A DNA stretch of 64,000 nucleotides from Patescibacteria group bacterium (GTDB lineage: Bacteria; Patescibacteriota; Patescibacteriia; Veblenbacterales; UBA10138). The DNA lies in assembly GCA_041645215.1 (NCBI GenBank), contig JBAZQK010000001.1, forward strand, positions 54,091 to 118,090. Reading direction: 5' to 3'. A model generated the notes under the pieces. That model worked only from the letters and a program-made list of their open reading frames with translations, searched no databases and was not told the origin of the DNA. The position numbers and the translations under genes are program-made. This document shows, piece by piece, positions 36,233 through 47,500 of the stretch; positions within the stretch are counted from its first letter, which is position 1, and the number at the start of each line of letters is the position of its first letter.

Positions 36233-39200
36233 ATGAAGTCGTATAACCATACAGAAGTTGAACTAAAGTGGCAGCGTCGCTGGCAGGATGAAAAAATCTT
36301 TGCGACTGGTGAGGACACTAAAAAAAAACGCAGCTACATTTTGGATATGTTTCCTTATCCGTCGGCCCAAGGTTTGCATGTCGGCCACCCCGAAGGTTAT
36401 ATCGCGACTGATATTTATGCTCGCTACTTAAGGCTTAAAGGAGTAAACGTATTGCATCCGATGGGCTGGGACGCGTTTGGTTTACCCACGGAAAACTTTG
36501 CCATTAAAACCGGACGGCATCCTAATGAAGTTGCGCGGCAAAACATTGATAATTTTCGCCGCCAGATTAAATCTTTAGGATTTTCTTATGATTGGGATCG
36601 GGAGATTAATACCGCCGACCCGGCTTACTATAAATGGACGCAGTGGTTGTTCTTAAAATTGTATGAGCAAGGGCTGGCTTACCAAAAGCAGGCGCCGGTT
36701 AATTGGTGTCCGTCTTGCCAAACTGTGTTGGCCAACGAACAGGTGGCCGGCGGCGAGTGCGAGCGCTGTCATAGCCAGGTGGAGCAGCGTCAGATGAAAC
36801 AATGGTTTTTTAAAATTACGGATTATACCGAGCGTTTGTTAAAAGATTTAACCGGCTTAGATTGGCCGGCGTCAATTGTGGAAATGCAGCGCAATTGGAT
36901 TGGCAAAAGTGAAGGCGCGGAAGTAAATTTTTCAATTATTGATAGCGACGTTAAAAGATTTATTTTGCTTCACGGACGAAGCGCTTCATCTGCCAGCCAT
37001 TTTATTCCGCCGCTAAAAATTGAATTAGAAAAGATGGGTTATGAGGTAGAAACTCCGGATTTACCTAACACCGATTTACCTGATGATATTGAACAAACGG
37101 AATTTGTTAAAGCTAATTGTAAATTGGACCGACATACGGTTATAGTAGGGCACTCTATGGGCGGCGTGGTAGCCTTGCGTTTGCTGGAACAAGGCATAAA
37201 AGTTAATAAGGTTATTTTAATTAGTACACCGTTTACCGGGAAATTTTTGGATAGAAAAGACAGACCGTCTGTAACTAAAGCTTGCCAAAGGGGTTTTGAT
37301 TTTGAAACGATTATCAAAAATGCCAGTAGTTTTATGGTGTTGGGAGACAGTCAGGATCATGCTGTGTCACCAATTGAGGCAGAAATGTTCGCGGAAAAAT
37401 TAAAAGTTAAGGCTAAGATAGTTAAATCAGAGTCGTCACATTTTTGTTCCCAGAATGAGCCTGAGGTGTTGGCCTTTTGTACTAACGCTATTAGAATTTT
37501 TACTACTAGATTGGATACTATTTTTGGCGCGACTTATTTAGTTTTGGCGCCGGAGCACGAGGCTATTAATAAATTACAACCGCAGATTAAGAACTGGCCG
37601 GAGGTTGTGGCTTATATTGAAGCGGCTAAAAAGAAAACCGAGCTAGAAAGGAAAATTGAAACCAAAGACAAGACTGGAGTCGAATTGAAGGGTGTCTTAG
37701 TCGTTAATCCAGCTAACAATGAGTCCATACCTGTGTATGTGGCTGACTATGTATTGATGGGGTATGGTACCGGCGCCATTATGGCCGTGCCGGCGCATGA
37801 TGAGCGTGATTGGGAATTTGCCAAAAAATTTGATTTGTCGACTAAGCAAGTAATAGCCCTGGAAACAGGGTTAAAAAGAAAAAACGAGGAAAGGCGTGAT
37901 GGCGGTTGTGGAATAATTTTTGATTCAAAGTCGCAAAAGTATGCGGTACTTGAAGAAGAGGGCTCTGGTTTTTTGGGTTTTTGCGCGGGTGGATTAGATA
38001 CCAATAAAAATGAGCAGACGGAGGTAATTAGAGAGATTAAGGAAGAAAGCGGCTTATATGATTTTTGTCATATAGAAAAAATAAGTACAGCCTTTTCCCA
38101 TTTTTATAATAGTTTAAAAAATGTAAATCGTTTTGCTCATGCAGTTTGCTATTTATTTATTCTAAAATCAACAAATGTCAAGCCAACCAAGCTTGAAGTC
38201 CATGAAAAGTATAGTTTAGTTTGGAAAGACCCGGCAGAAATAGAGCAAAATTGGACTAAACAGAATCGGCAAGCTGATACTGAGTATTGGGTATATTTTT
38301 TGCACCAAGCAGTAGTCCGTGCGGTAGAACTTGGTTTTGATAAAACTAATACAAATTATAAGTTTAGGGCCACAACTGATTATGGACTACTAATTAATTC
38401 CGAGGAGTTTGACGGTTTGAGTTCTAAAGAGGCCATTTCCAAAATTGCGGAAAAAATTAAGGCCAAGTTAACTACTGAGTATCGCCTGCGCGATTGGCTG
38501 ATTTCGCGGCAACGTTATTGGGGTGCACCAATTCCAATTATCTACTGCCCGCATTGTATCGATAAAAAAGAATTTCCGGAACCCAAATTTATTGTTAATT
38601 GTGCCGATCATGACGGCTTTGAAAATATTATTAGCGGTAAAAAGCATGTGGTCACCCGAGCTCTTAGCTCAGAAGACGACGCCGCAAACTATGCGCAGAC
38701 TGTGCCTGGCGATATTTTGGAAATGATCGATAATAAGACAAAACAGCGAATCTATGTAAAAGTAGTAGGCGCTCAGACATTCAAATCGTTAGACGATCTT
38801 TTTAAAGAACGCAAAATCGCCGAAGCGACATTTAATAGAAAATTCTCGGCCAAAACTGAATTAAGTAATGAATACGAAAAAAATAGAAAAGGCTACACAA
38901 AGCAGATTGATACGTATGGACTGGTTGCTTGGCAAATTGAACTTATCACTAAAGCTGTGCCAGTGCCGGAGCCAGATTTGCCGGTTACTCTGTCCGATGA
39001 CGTGGATTTTCGCCCGCATGGTGAATCACCCTTAGCGCGGTCAGAGTCTTTTCATAAGGTTAAGTGTCTTAAGTGTGGCGCCTCGGCCCGCCGCGAGAGT
39101 GACACTATGGATACGTTTGTGGATTCAGCTTGGTACTTTCTGCGTTATGCTGACCCGCATAATGTTAAAGAGGCTTTTGCCAAAGAGAAAATTAAAACCT

Positions 39201-40099
39201 GGTTGCCGGTAAATTTATATGTCGGTGGCGCTGAACACGCTGTCATGCATCTTTTGTATGCCCGGTTTATTACCAAAGTGCTGCACGATTTAGGCTATGT
39301 GGATTTTAGTGAGCCGTTTGTAAAATTGCGCAACCAAGGCTTGATTATGGGCGAGGACGGACAAAAAATGTCTAAGTCGCGCGGTAATGTAGTGAATCCT
39401 GATGAAATTGTGGCCAAGTACGGCGCTGATACTTTTCGGCTTTACGAAATGTTTTTGGGTCCGCTGGAAGATGTTAAACCCTGGAATACGGCCGGTATTA
39501 TTGGTTTACGGCGATTTCTGGAAAGAGTTTGGAATTTAATATTGAACTATAAAAATACCTCTAAGGCCGAGGTAGCCCTAGAGCCAACCGTAAACTTGCG
39601 GCGCGCGACTGCCCAGACTATAAAAAAAGTAACAGCTGATATTGAAGCTTTCCGTTTTAATACGGCTATTAGCGCGTTAATGAAACTGGTTAATGATTTA
39701 TCGGTTACTCCGGCGCCAGTTGACACTAAAGAGTATGCTGGCGCCATACGCACCTTGTTAATATTGCTTTATCCGTTCGCGCCCCACATAACAGCCGAAC
39801 TTTGGAGTCGGGCTAGTGTGCTGAGGGATAGTTATTTTCCAGATGATGCTGACAAGCAGATTTGGCAGTTGGCTTGGCCGACCTATCATGAGCAGGATTT
39901 AGCAGTGGATTTTATGGTGGTCACCGTACAAGTGAACGGTCGCATGCGTGTCAGCATTAATTGTCCGAGTACGGCCAGCGAGGCCGAGATAGTTGAACTT
40001 GTTAAAAATAATCCAGTCGTGGCTAAGTATTTGGTCGATAAGACCATTAAACGGGTTATTTATGTAGCTGGAAAATTGATAAATTTGGTGGTGGAGTAG
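36233..40099 (+). CDS. leuS: Leucine--tRNA ligase with three inserted domains
   Basis: MFPYPS, HVGH, WLISRQRYWG, KMSKS; 1288 aa versus the usual 800-860 or so. Confidence 0.96.
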   Translation: MKSYNHTEVELKWQRRWQDEKIFATGEDTKKKRSYILDMFPYPSAQGLHVGHPEGYIATDIYARYLRLKGVNVLHPMGWDAFGLPTENFAIKTGRHPNEVARQNIDNFRRQIKSLGFSYDWDREINTADPAYYKWTQWLFLKLYEQGLAYQKQAPVNWCPSCQTVLANEQVAGGECERCHSQVEQRQMKQWFFKITDYTERLLKDLTGLDWPASIVEMQRNWIGKSEGAEVNFSIIDSDVKRFILLHGRSASSASHFIPPLKIELEKMGYEVETPDLPNTDLPDDIEQTEFVKANCKLDRHTVIVGHSMGGVVALRLLEQGIKVNKVILISTPFTGKFLDRKDRPSVTKACQRGFDFETIIKNASSFMVLGDSQDHAVSPIEAEMFAEKLKVKAKIVKSESSHFCSQNEPEVLAFCTNAIRIFTTRLDTIFGATYLVLAPEHEAINKLQPQIKNWPEVVAYIEAAKKKTELERKIETKDKTGVELKGVLVVNPANNESIPVYVADYVLMGYGTGAIMAVPAHDERDWEFAKKFDLSTKQVIALETGLKRKNEERRDGGCGIIFDSKSQKYAVLEEEGSGFLGFCAGGLDTNKNEQTEVIREIKEESGLYDFCHIEKISTAFSHFYNSLKNVNRFAHAVCYLFILKSTNVKPTKLEVHEKYSLVWKDPAEIEQNWTKQNRQADTEYWVYFLHQAVVRAVELGFDKTNTNYKFRATTDYGLLINSEEFDGLSSKEAISKIAEKIKAKLTTEYRLRDWLISRQRYWGAPIPIIYCPHCIDKKEFPEPKFIVNCADHDGFENIISGKKHVVTRALSSEDDAANYAQTVPGDILEMIDNKTKQRIYVKVVGAQTFKSLDDLFKERKIAEATFNRKFSAKTELSNEYEKNRKGYTKQIDTYGLVAWQIELITKAVPVPEPDLPVTLSDDVDFRPHGESPLARSESFHKVKCLKCGASARRESDTMDTFVDSAWYFLRYADPHNVKEAFAKEKIKTWLPVNLYVGGAEHAVMHLLYARFITKVLHDLGYVDFSEPFVKLRNQGLIMGEDGQKMSKSRGNVVNPDEIVAKYGADTFRLYEMFLGPLEDVKPWNTAGIIGLRRFLERVWNLILNYKNTSKAEVALEPTVNLRRATAQTIKKVTADIEAFRFNTAISALMKLVNDLSVTPAPVDTKEYAGAIRTLLILLYPFAPHITAELWSRASVLRDSYFPDDADKQIWQLAWPTYHEQDLAVDFMVVTVQVNGRMRVSINCPSTASEAEIVELVKNNPVVAKYLVDKTIKRVIYVAGKLINLVVE

Positions 40100-40100
40100 C

Positions 40101-40298
40101 TTAATTTAAAATGTAAATATCTCCGCCAAAGGCGGATCTGCCTCTGGCATGAAAAAATTAAAATGATAATGCAAAATGTAAAAATTATGAATTTAGACAT
40201 TTTATAATTTTGGTTGCCTTGTGCAACCATCCCGCCGCGGCGGGATAAAAGCAAAACTTTTATTGTCATTTTTCATTTTGATTTTTTATTTTTAAACT
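40101..40298. repeat. AT-rich inverted repeat (aaaatgtaaatatc type) carrying two GC palindrome inserts
   Basis: Arms like those at 44472-44573 and around 61533; inserts ctccgccaaaggcggatctgcctctggcatg and atcccgccgcggcgggat. Confidence 0.7.
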
Positions 40299-40301
40299 TT
40301 C

Positions 40302-40916
40302 GTGACAGTATTCTCTAAATCAGCTCGGGACCTGGCTAAAATTTGTAAAATTTTAAAACAAGGTGAAGTCGTGGCCGCGCCTACTGAAACCGCCTATGGT
40401 TTGTTGGCGGACGCGACTAATCCGCATGCCATCACTAAAGTGTTTATCATTAAAGGTCGTGCCGAGAAAAAAGTTTTACCGTTGGCGGTTTCTAATTATA
40501 CAATGGCGCAAGAGTTGGCCGTATTTTCACCGCTAGCTAAAAAATTGGCCCGGGGTTTTTGGCCCGGTCCTTTGACTTTGGTTTTACCGGCGCGAGTCAA
40601 ACTGCCGCCTAATGTAGTATCGCTAGATAAATTTGTCGGCTTACGGATGAGTGGCTCAACTTGGCTTACCCAATTAGTTAAAACTTACGGCCGGCCGTTA
40701 ACCGTAACCTCGGCCAACTTATCAGGTCAGTCGTCGCTTTATGATGCCGTTGCCGTACAACAAAGTTTGTCCCGGCGCGGTCTTAAATATATAGTGCGGT
40801 CGCGCCGCTTGCCGCTTAGGCCGACTTCAACCATTGTGAAAGTGGCCGGCCGCCGTTGGCGCATTATCAGACTGGGTGCGATAACGCCGGCTAAATTAAG
40901 AAGTGTGATAAGATAG
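40302..40916 (+). CDS. tsaC: L-threonylcarbamoyladenylate synthase (TsaC/Sua5 YrdC domain)
   Basis: PTETAYGL, IKGR, FWPGPLTLV, TSANLSG, STIV. Confidence 0.92.
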   Translation: MTVFSKSARDLAKICKILKQGEVVAAPTETAYGLLADATNPHAITKVFIIKGRAEKKVLPLAVSNYTMAQELAVFSPLAKKLARGFWPGPLTLVLPARVKLPPNVVSLDKFVGLRMSGSTWLTQLVKTYGRPLTVTSANLSGQSSLYDAVAVQQSLSRRGLKYIVRSRRLPLRPTSTIVKVAGRRWRIIRLGAITPAKLRSVIR

Positions 40917-41084
40917 AATGAAGTCGCCTTACATGTGGTCAGCCTTAGGGTGAAATTACGAATGACGGGTTAAGAATTAGAGTATTAAATAATTTTAAAT
41001 TTTAAATTCTTAATTTTTAATCAATTTTTAATAATTTAGTAATTCAATAAAAATTAAAAATTTGTAATTAGAAATTTTACTGTT

Positions 41085-42242
41085 ATGCCTTTTCAAGGCC
41101 ACTTTAATTTAGGCGGCTTATTGCCGCAGCGTTTGTCGCCGCAGGTTAAGGCGCTGTACTGGTCGGCGGTGCTGCAAAATTTGGCGCTCGGTATGCTGTT
41201 GCTGTTTGAGCCGATTTATTTATGGCAACAAGGCTTTGGTTTGGCCGGCATAATGAAATTTTTCCTAGCCGTTTACACGGTATATTTTTTCTTGGCGCCG
41301 CTGGGGGCTAATTTTGCCACCCGGCGCGGGTTTGAAAATTCAATTTTCCTGTCAACGATTTTTCAGTTTATTTATTATGTCTGTTTGTTTTTAATTGCTC
41401 AAAGTTGGTATTGGGCCATACCGGCCGTGGCGCTTTACGCTTTGCAAAAAAGTTTTTACTTTCCAGCCTATCACGCTTACTTTGCCCGTTATTCGGATGA
41501 AACCGAAGAAGGCCGTGAGGTTGGCGGCATGTCCGTGTCGCTGGCGCTGGTTTATGTGGCCGGACCATTGCTGGCCGGTTTTTTGCTGACTTTTGGCTCC
41601 TGGTTTTGGTTGTTTTTGGCAGGCGGGTTAATTTTATTGTCGTCCAATTGGCCCTTGTTGCGCCATCGGCCCGAGTTTACGCCGCGCCAATTTCCTTATG
41701 GGGCGGCCTATAAGCGAATTTTCGCGCCGGTCCTGCGCCGCCCGTTGCTGGCGGGCTTAGGTTTTGGCGAGGAGCTGATTTTTATGACTTTGTGGCCGGT
41801 GTTTATGTATGTGCTGGTGGTTAATTACGCCACGGTCGGTATTTTTGTGGCTGTTTCAACACTGATTATGGCTATAGTTACCTTGTATGTCGGCCGGCTT
41901 ACCGATACCAGTAACAAAAAAACGGTTTTGCGGGTTTCGGTGTTATTTAATCAATTGGGTTTACTCGGCCGTTTAATTGTGAGTTCGCCGTTTTTAATTT
42001 TTTTGGTTGATGCCTGGACGCGCGTTACGCATAGTATGATTATTGTGCCGATTTACGCTGTAACTTACCAGCGCGCCAAGCATCAGTCGTCAATGGATAC
42101 GGCCGTATTTTTTGAAATGACTTTGAGTTTGGGTAAAATTTTGGCGGCGTTGATACTGTTAACTATTTTTACAGTTACAACCAGTTGGGGCGCGATTTGG
42201 CTGGTGGCGGCGTTAATGGCGATTTTATACGCGGCGCTGTAG
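41085..42242 (+). CDS. MFS transporter
   Basis: About 12 TMs, FEPIYL, EEGREVG, GPLLAG, GRLTD. Confidence 0.85.
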   Translation: MPFQGHFNLGGLLPQRLSPQVKALYWSAVLQNLALGMLLLFEPIYLWQQGFGLAGIMKFFLAVYTVYFFLAPLGANFATRRGFENSIFLSTIFQFIYYVCLFLIAQSWYWAIPAVALYALQKSFYFPAYHAYFARYSDETEEGREVGGMSVSLALVYVAGPLLAGFLLTFGSWFWLFLAGGLILLSSNWPLLRHRPEFTPRQFPYGAAYKRIFAPVLRRPLLAGLGFGEELIFMTLWPVFMYVLVVNYATVGIFVAVSTLIMAIVTLYVGRLTDTSNKKTVLRVSVLFNQLGLLGRLIVSSPFLIFLVDAWTRVTHSMIIVPIYAVTYQRAKHQSSMDTAVFFEMTLSLGKILAALILLTIFTVTTSWGAIWLVAALMAILYAAL

Positions 42243-42277
42243 GGAAAATGAATAAAGAATTACGAATCAAGAATTAA

Positions 42278-42417
42278 GCCCAGTATAACTACTTTGTTAT
42301 AGCTCGCTTTTAAAATAAAATTTATAAATCAAATAAGTAACCTATCTAATCATTATCTCTTATTAGTTACTTAATCTAAGCTCGCTAAATTTTATTTAAC
42401 AAAGTTGTTATACTGGG
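42278..42417. mobile_element. MITE, CCCAGTATA family (copy 2)
   Basis: cccagtataactactttgtta / taacaaagttgttatactggg with TAA flanks; inserted within a gaattaa repeat. Confidence 0.8.
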
Positions 42418-42548
42418 TAAGAATAGAACATCTAAATTCTAAAACCTAAATTTTATAAATAATACTCAACAGCCAATTAATAACTCAAAAGTTAAATATC
42501 AAAATGAAAAATTTTTATTTTTGATTTTTACATTTTAAATTTTTTATC

Positions 42549-43421
42549 ATGTCTCTTCCTTCTAGTCTTTTAGCTTGGACCAAACAATTGGTTAAGCAGT
42601 ATAATCTTCGTCCCGGTCGCCGGTTGGGGCAGCATTTTTTAATTGACCGCCAAGTATTAGAGCAGATTATGGCGGCGGCCGAATTAAAACCAGCAACTCC
42701 GGTTTTGGAAGTTGGCGGTGGTTTAGGGGCGTTAACCCTGTCATTATTAAATACCACTCCCCGTTTAACTGTCGTAGAGTTGGATAAAAATTTAGCGCCG
42801 CTGTTGCAAAAACTGGGGTTGGCTGCTGAACATTTTAAAGTTATTAGTGGTGATATTTTAAAAGTCAGTGACAAAGTTTTACAACAGTCGCTTAGTCTTG
42901 AGCCTGATGATGATTTTTATATAGTGGCTAACTTGCCCTACGAAATTTCCGGGGCTTTTTTGCGGCGATTTTTATCCGGCGTCTGGCGACCAGAGATTAT
43001 GGTGTTGTTATTGCAAGCGGAAGTAGCCGAACGTTTGGTGGCTAAACCAGGAGAAGTAAGTTTATTAACCCTGCAAGCTTGGTTGGCAGCTGAAGTAAAA
43101 ATAATAAAAAAAGTTAGACCAAGCTCATTTTATCCGCCGCCGCGAGTTAACTCTGCGATTGTTAAATTTAAGCTGCGTACAGTAGAGGAACGAATCGCTT
43201 TACTAAGTGGCCTAAGTGAGGAATATTTTTGGCAAGTGGCTAAGGCCGGATTTACTGCCCGACGAAAATATTTAATTAGCAATTTACATCGCCAGCTTAA
43301 GTTTGATAAATCAAAATTGATTGAGATTTTTAAAAAACTTGATATTCCGCTTTCGGTCCGGGCGCAGGAGCTGTCTTTGGAGCAGTGGGCGGAGTTAGCC
43401 GGAGGGTTGAATAAAGAATAG
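42549..43421 (+). CDS. rsmA: 16S rRNA m6,2A dimethyltransferase
   Basis: LGQHFL, LEVGGGLGALT, VELD, VANLPYEIS, FYPPPRVNSA, RAQELS. Confidence 0.95.
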   Translation: MSLPSSLLAWTKQLVKQYNLRPGRRLGQHFLIDRQVLEQIMAAAELKPATPVLEVGGGLGALTLSLLNTTPRLTVVELDKNLAPLLQKLGLAAEHFKVISGDILKVSDKVLQQSLSLEPDDDFYIVANLPYEISGAFLRRFLSGVWRPEIMVLLLQAEVAERLVAKPGEVSLLTLQAWLAAEVKIIKKVRPSSFYPPPRVNSAIVKFKLRTVEERIALLSGLSEEYFWQVAKAGFTARRKYLISNLHRQLKFDKSKLIEIFKKLDIPLSVRAQELSLEQWAELAGGLNKE

Positions 43422-43535
43422 CGAATTACGAATCACGAATGCAGAATTAGGATTATTGTAATTCCCTTTTTGGCATTCATTTATTTGACATTGAATTGGC
43501 ATTTGTTATTTGAAATTTGATATTACTGGTTCCTG

Positions 43536-43612
43536 TGTCATTCTGAAGCCGATGTCCATCGGCTGAAGAATCTAGATCCTTCACCCCACCAAGGGCGGGG
43601 TTCAGGATGACA
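43536..43612. repeat. TGTCATTCTG-type REP-like doublet
   Basis: tgtcattctgaagccga...tcggctgaagaatct-agatccttca...ttcaggatgaca. Half copies occur in-frame at 59812 and 60003. Confidence 0.75.
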
Positions 43613-43644
43613 AAAGCGTAAGTCCTATCAGTATTTTTTGTTCT

Positions 43645-43673
43645 TTGACTTTTCGCTACTTCCGTGCTATAAT
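43645..43673 (+). promoter_or_regulatory. Promoter of the surface protein/T4SS-like region
   Basis: TTGACT-17-TATAAT with extended TG. Confidence 0.7.
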
Positions 43674-43734
43674 TAATGTACTTATTAAGAAAAATTTGTA
43701 AATTTTATCCAGTTTATTTGGCTGTTCAACCAAT

Positions 43735-44472
43735 ATGTCGCCAGAAAATCAGACTGGCCAATCAAATAGTTGGCAATTGGGGCTAGGCGCAGTGGCGATT
43801 TTGGCGTTAGTCTTGGGGGTTTGGCAAATTCGGAATTCAATTAGCGCGCCGTTTGCTTTTGTTGCTAGTAGTGATGCCAATCAGACCAATCAGCCGCCTA
43901 AAGTCAGTGATGACATTGAGGCTTTAAAAACTAAGGATAACGATACCGACGGCTTATCGGATTATGATGAAATTTATTTGTATCAGACCAGTCCGTATTT
44001 AAAAGATTCTGATTCCGACGGGATTAGCGATAAAACCGAGGTGGAGCGCGGCACTGACCCCAATTGTCCCACCGGTAAAAATTGCGGACCAGTACAATTT
44101 CAACCAACCGCGGCAGTTGATAATAATCCGCTGAATCTTGGTAACGCGCTGGCGCCGACACCGGAACAAATAAGAGCTTATTTAAAACAAAGCGGCGCGA
44201 CCGACAGTTTATTAGCGAGTTATAGCGACCAGCAGTTATTGGATTTGTATAAACAGGTGGCGGGCGAGGTTGCGCCCCAACCCGCATCCGCGCCCCCAAC
44301 CGCCGGTGAAAAAATCAGTTTAAAACCTGAGGAAAAAGCCGCTTTGCAAAAAATGACACCGGCTGAAATAAGGCAGTTTTTAATTAAAAGCGGGGTCAAA
44401 GCCGACGAGCTTAATAAAATAGACGATGTGACCTTAAAAGCGATGGTGGAGCAGATAATAAATGGGCAATAA
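43735..44472 (+). CDS. Membrane-anchored protein with thrombospondin type 3-like Ca-binding repeats
   Basis: N-terminal TM, DNDTDGLSDYDE, DSDSDGISDKTEVERGTDPNCP. Confidence 0.8.
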   Translation: MSPENQTGQSNSWQLGLGAVAILALVLGVWQIRNSISAPFAFVASSDANQTNQPPKVSDDIEALKTKDNDTDGLSDYDEIYLYQTSPYLKDSDSDGISDKTEVERGTDPNCPTGKNCGPVQFQPTAAVDNNPLNLGNALAPTPEQIRAYLKQSGATDSLLASYSDQQLLDLYKQVAGEVAPQPASAPPTAGEKISLKPEEKAALQKMTPAEIRQFLIKSGVKADELNKIDDVTLKAMVEQIINGQ

Positions 44473-44573
44473 TTTAAAATGTAAATATCAAAAATTAAAA
44501 TGACAATGCAAAATGTAATAATTTTAAATTTTAATCTGTCATTTTCCATTTTGGTTTTTGAATTTTTAATTTA
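44472..44573. repeat. Gene-less AT-rich inverted repeat at a gene junction
   Basis: atttaaaatgtaaatatcaaaaattaaaatgacaat ... tgtcattttccattttggtttttgaatttttaattta. Confidence 0.7.
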
Positions 44574-44579
44574 ACCATT

Positions 44580-47500
44580 GTGTTTCCATCAGTCAAAAAA
44601 GGTTCTAAATTAAAGCGTTTGGTTGCCGCCCTGGCAATTGGTTTGGCAATGCTGACTATGGCCACGCCGGCTTTGTTAACTCCGCGGCCGGCGCAGGCGC
44701 AATTTACTGACGTTGCTAACTTAGCAGTTAACACTGGTAAGTGGATATGGGAAAGAATGGTAGAGGTTGGTGACTGGGTTTATAAACATGGCGCGGCCAT
44801 AGCTTTTCGTAACGCCGCCCGGACTTTTACGCAAAAAATCGCTTATGACTCGGCTAATATGTTAGCCTCGGGCGGCCAAGGCCAGACTCCTTTATTTACT
44901 TGGAAAAATTTAGGCAAATCAATTTCTGATGCCGGTGATGAGGCCGCCGGCAGTTTTTTGGACGGCATTGCCTCGGGCGGGGTGTGGGGTAAGTTTAATA
45001 TTTGCGAACCAACCGGACCCAACGCGCCCTTTGCCAAATTAATGATAACTATGCCGGCGTTTAATTTAAATTTAAGCGGTGCTTACAAACCCATTAAGCC
45101 GCGCTGTACCCTGTCTAAATTTAAAGACAACTGGAACAAAGTTTTAAACGACCCCGAGGCTAAAAAAACTTTTCTAAAAGATTTTTCGGTTGTGTTTGAT
45201 CCTAAACAAAGTGAGTTAGGTGTGGGGTTGAATGTGCAAACCAACTTGGTCAAGGAAATTGAACTAAAAAAATATTTAGCAGAAAAAAATGCTACCGCCA
45301 GCGGCGGCATTTTGCCAATCACGCAAACCATTACTCAATTTATTAAAACGCCGGCGCCGCGCATTGAGCGGGCCGCCAATATGACAACCGAGCAGGCCTT
45401 AAAAGAACCACTGGTGTTTACCGGTGATATTCTGGCTGACGCTTTAGGTGTTTTTACCAATACTTTAGCGGCTAAGTTAATGAAGCGGTTAACACAGGGT
45501 GATATTCCCAATCCGGCCGGCATAGGGCCGTCATCATTGTTTGGCGCGGCTTATGGGGCCAGCGGGGTGGAGTATGCGCAAGCCATTAATGCCACGCTTT
45601 TAACCGCCCCTTTGGCCGGCGGCGATGTGTTGGATATGATCAGTGAATTTTCCGGCTGTCCCAGCGATACCCAGTACGCGGCCATAAATAATTGTACAAT
45701 CAACAGTAAATTTGAGCAGGCCTTGCGCAAAGCCGAAGACGGTAACGCGTTAACGGTTAAAGAGGCTATTAACAAAGGCTTAATTAGCGGCGGCTGGGTG
45801 TTTAAGCAAGAAAAACCGCAAAATGTTCGCTTGCCCGATGCTTGGTACTTGTCTGATATTAAAAAGTTGCGTTTGGCCCGTATTTTACCGTTGGGTTGGG
45901 AATTGGCAGTACAAAAAGTGTCTGGCCAGGATGTGAGTTTGAATGATGTGATGAACGGATTCACTGATACCAAAAGTCCGTATTATCATTTGATTGACCC
46001 CAACTGGATATTAAAGGCGCCGCTGTCGCAGTGCCGCCTTAGGGGCCCCGGGCAAATTATACAATCGGCCGGTGGAACGCGTAATGACACTTGCGTTGAT
46101 ACCCAAAGTTGTATCGCCGAAGATGAAGACGGTACTTGTTCGGCCTGGGGCTACTGCACCAAAGATAAAAATATCTGGCGCCTGGGGGGCGATAGTTGTG
46201 AATTTCCCAAAGGCTCGGGCGTCTCACCCTATGCCTCCTGCCAAACCTTTACCGCGCCCGGCGGCAACAGTGTTTCTTATTTGCAGAATTCACTGGCTAA
46301 TTTTGACGACGGAGTTTGCAGCGGGGCGGTCGGCTGCAGGTGGTATTCAACCTTGTTTAATAGTTCGCCGTCGGCTACTTCCGCCAATCGTTATTTGTTA
46401 ACTAAACCGCCTTTATATTTAAAGAATTTAGATAAATTAACTTGCGATGCCGCTAACGAAGGTTGTACTAAATTTTTGCGGCTTACTAATATAAACGCCG
46501 TCGCTTTAGGCAGTGTGGCGGGCGCTAATCCGGCGGAAAAAGTGGTTAATCAGGTGATAAACAGCAGCGACACTTATGATAAATATGCTCAAGTTCAATC
46601 AGTAACTTTAAAATCCGCCCCGGTCCAGTTTAAATGTTATGACACTGACGCCGGCGGTAAGCTTATTACTGGCAATGATTCGCCCGAGTGTAAAAATTAT
46701 TTAAACCTGTGCCGCGCCAATGAGGTTGGTTGCGATCTTTATACGCCCAAGGACGGCTCGCCGGCTATACCGGGAGTATTTGAACCAACTAACACTTGCC
46801 CGGCGCAGTGTGTTGGTTATCAGGTTTACCAACAACAACCGACATTTTTTGAAAAAAATCCAACTCCAGCGCAATATTTTATTCCCGCGACTGCCCAAAA
46901 ATGTTCAGCCACCGCCGTGGGTTGCGAAGAGTTTACCAATGTCAGCCAAAATGAACAGCGTGAATATTATAGCCAATTGCGGCAGTGCATTAAACCGGGG
47001 GCCAAAGCCGCGACTTATTTTACCTGGGTTGGGTCGGAATTAACCGGTTATCAATTAAAACGGTATAGTTTAAAATCATCGTCGGCCTCTTCTTTGGCGG
47101 CGCCGGCCACCACCGATAGTTCCGGCGATTGTCGTCCGAGCGGCTCGGCGCAATATCCCACGGCCGACCCGGATTGCAAACAATTTTATGATGTAGCGGG
47201 TAATGCCCATTATCGTAATTTATCAGTAACCATTACCGCTTCCGACCAGTGTACGCGTTACCGCGCCACCAATGTTAGTAAAACTGATTGTATTGGTGCT
47301 AGTGGTGTCAGCGGCGTTGGCGGCACTGGCGGCGAATGGGACGCGACAGTTGAAAAATGTTTTTACAACGCCATACCCCAAGAAGGCCAGATGTGCAATG
47401 CTTCGCAAGTTGGTTGTCGCGAGTATAAGGGGCCAACCGGTGACAATGTAAAATTGGTTTTCCCCATATCAACTTTTGGCGACAATGACGCCAAGACCAA

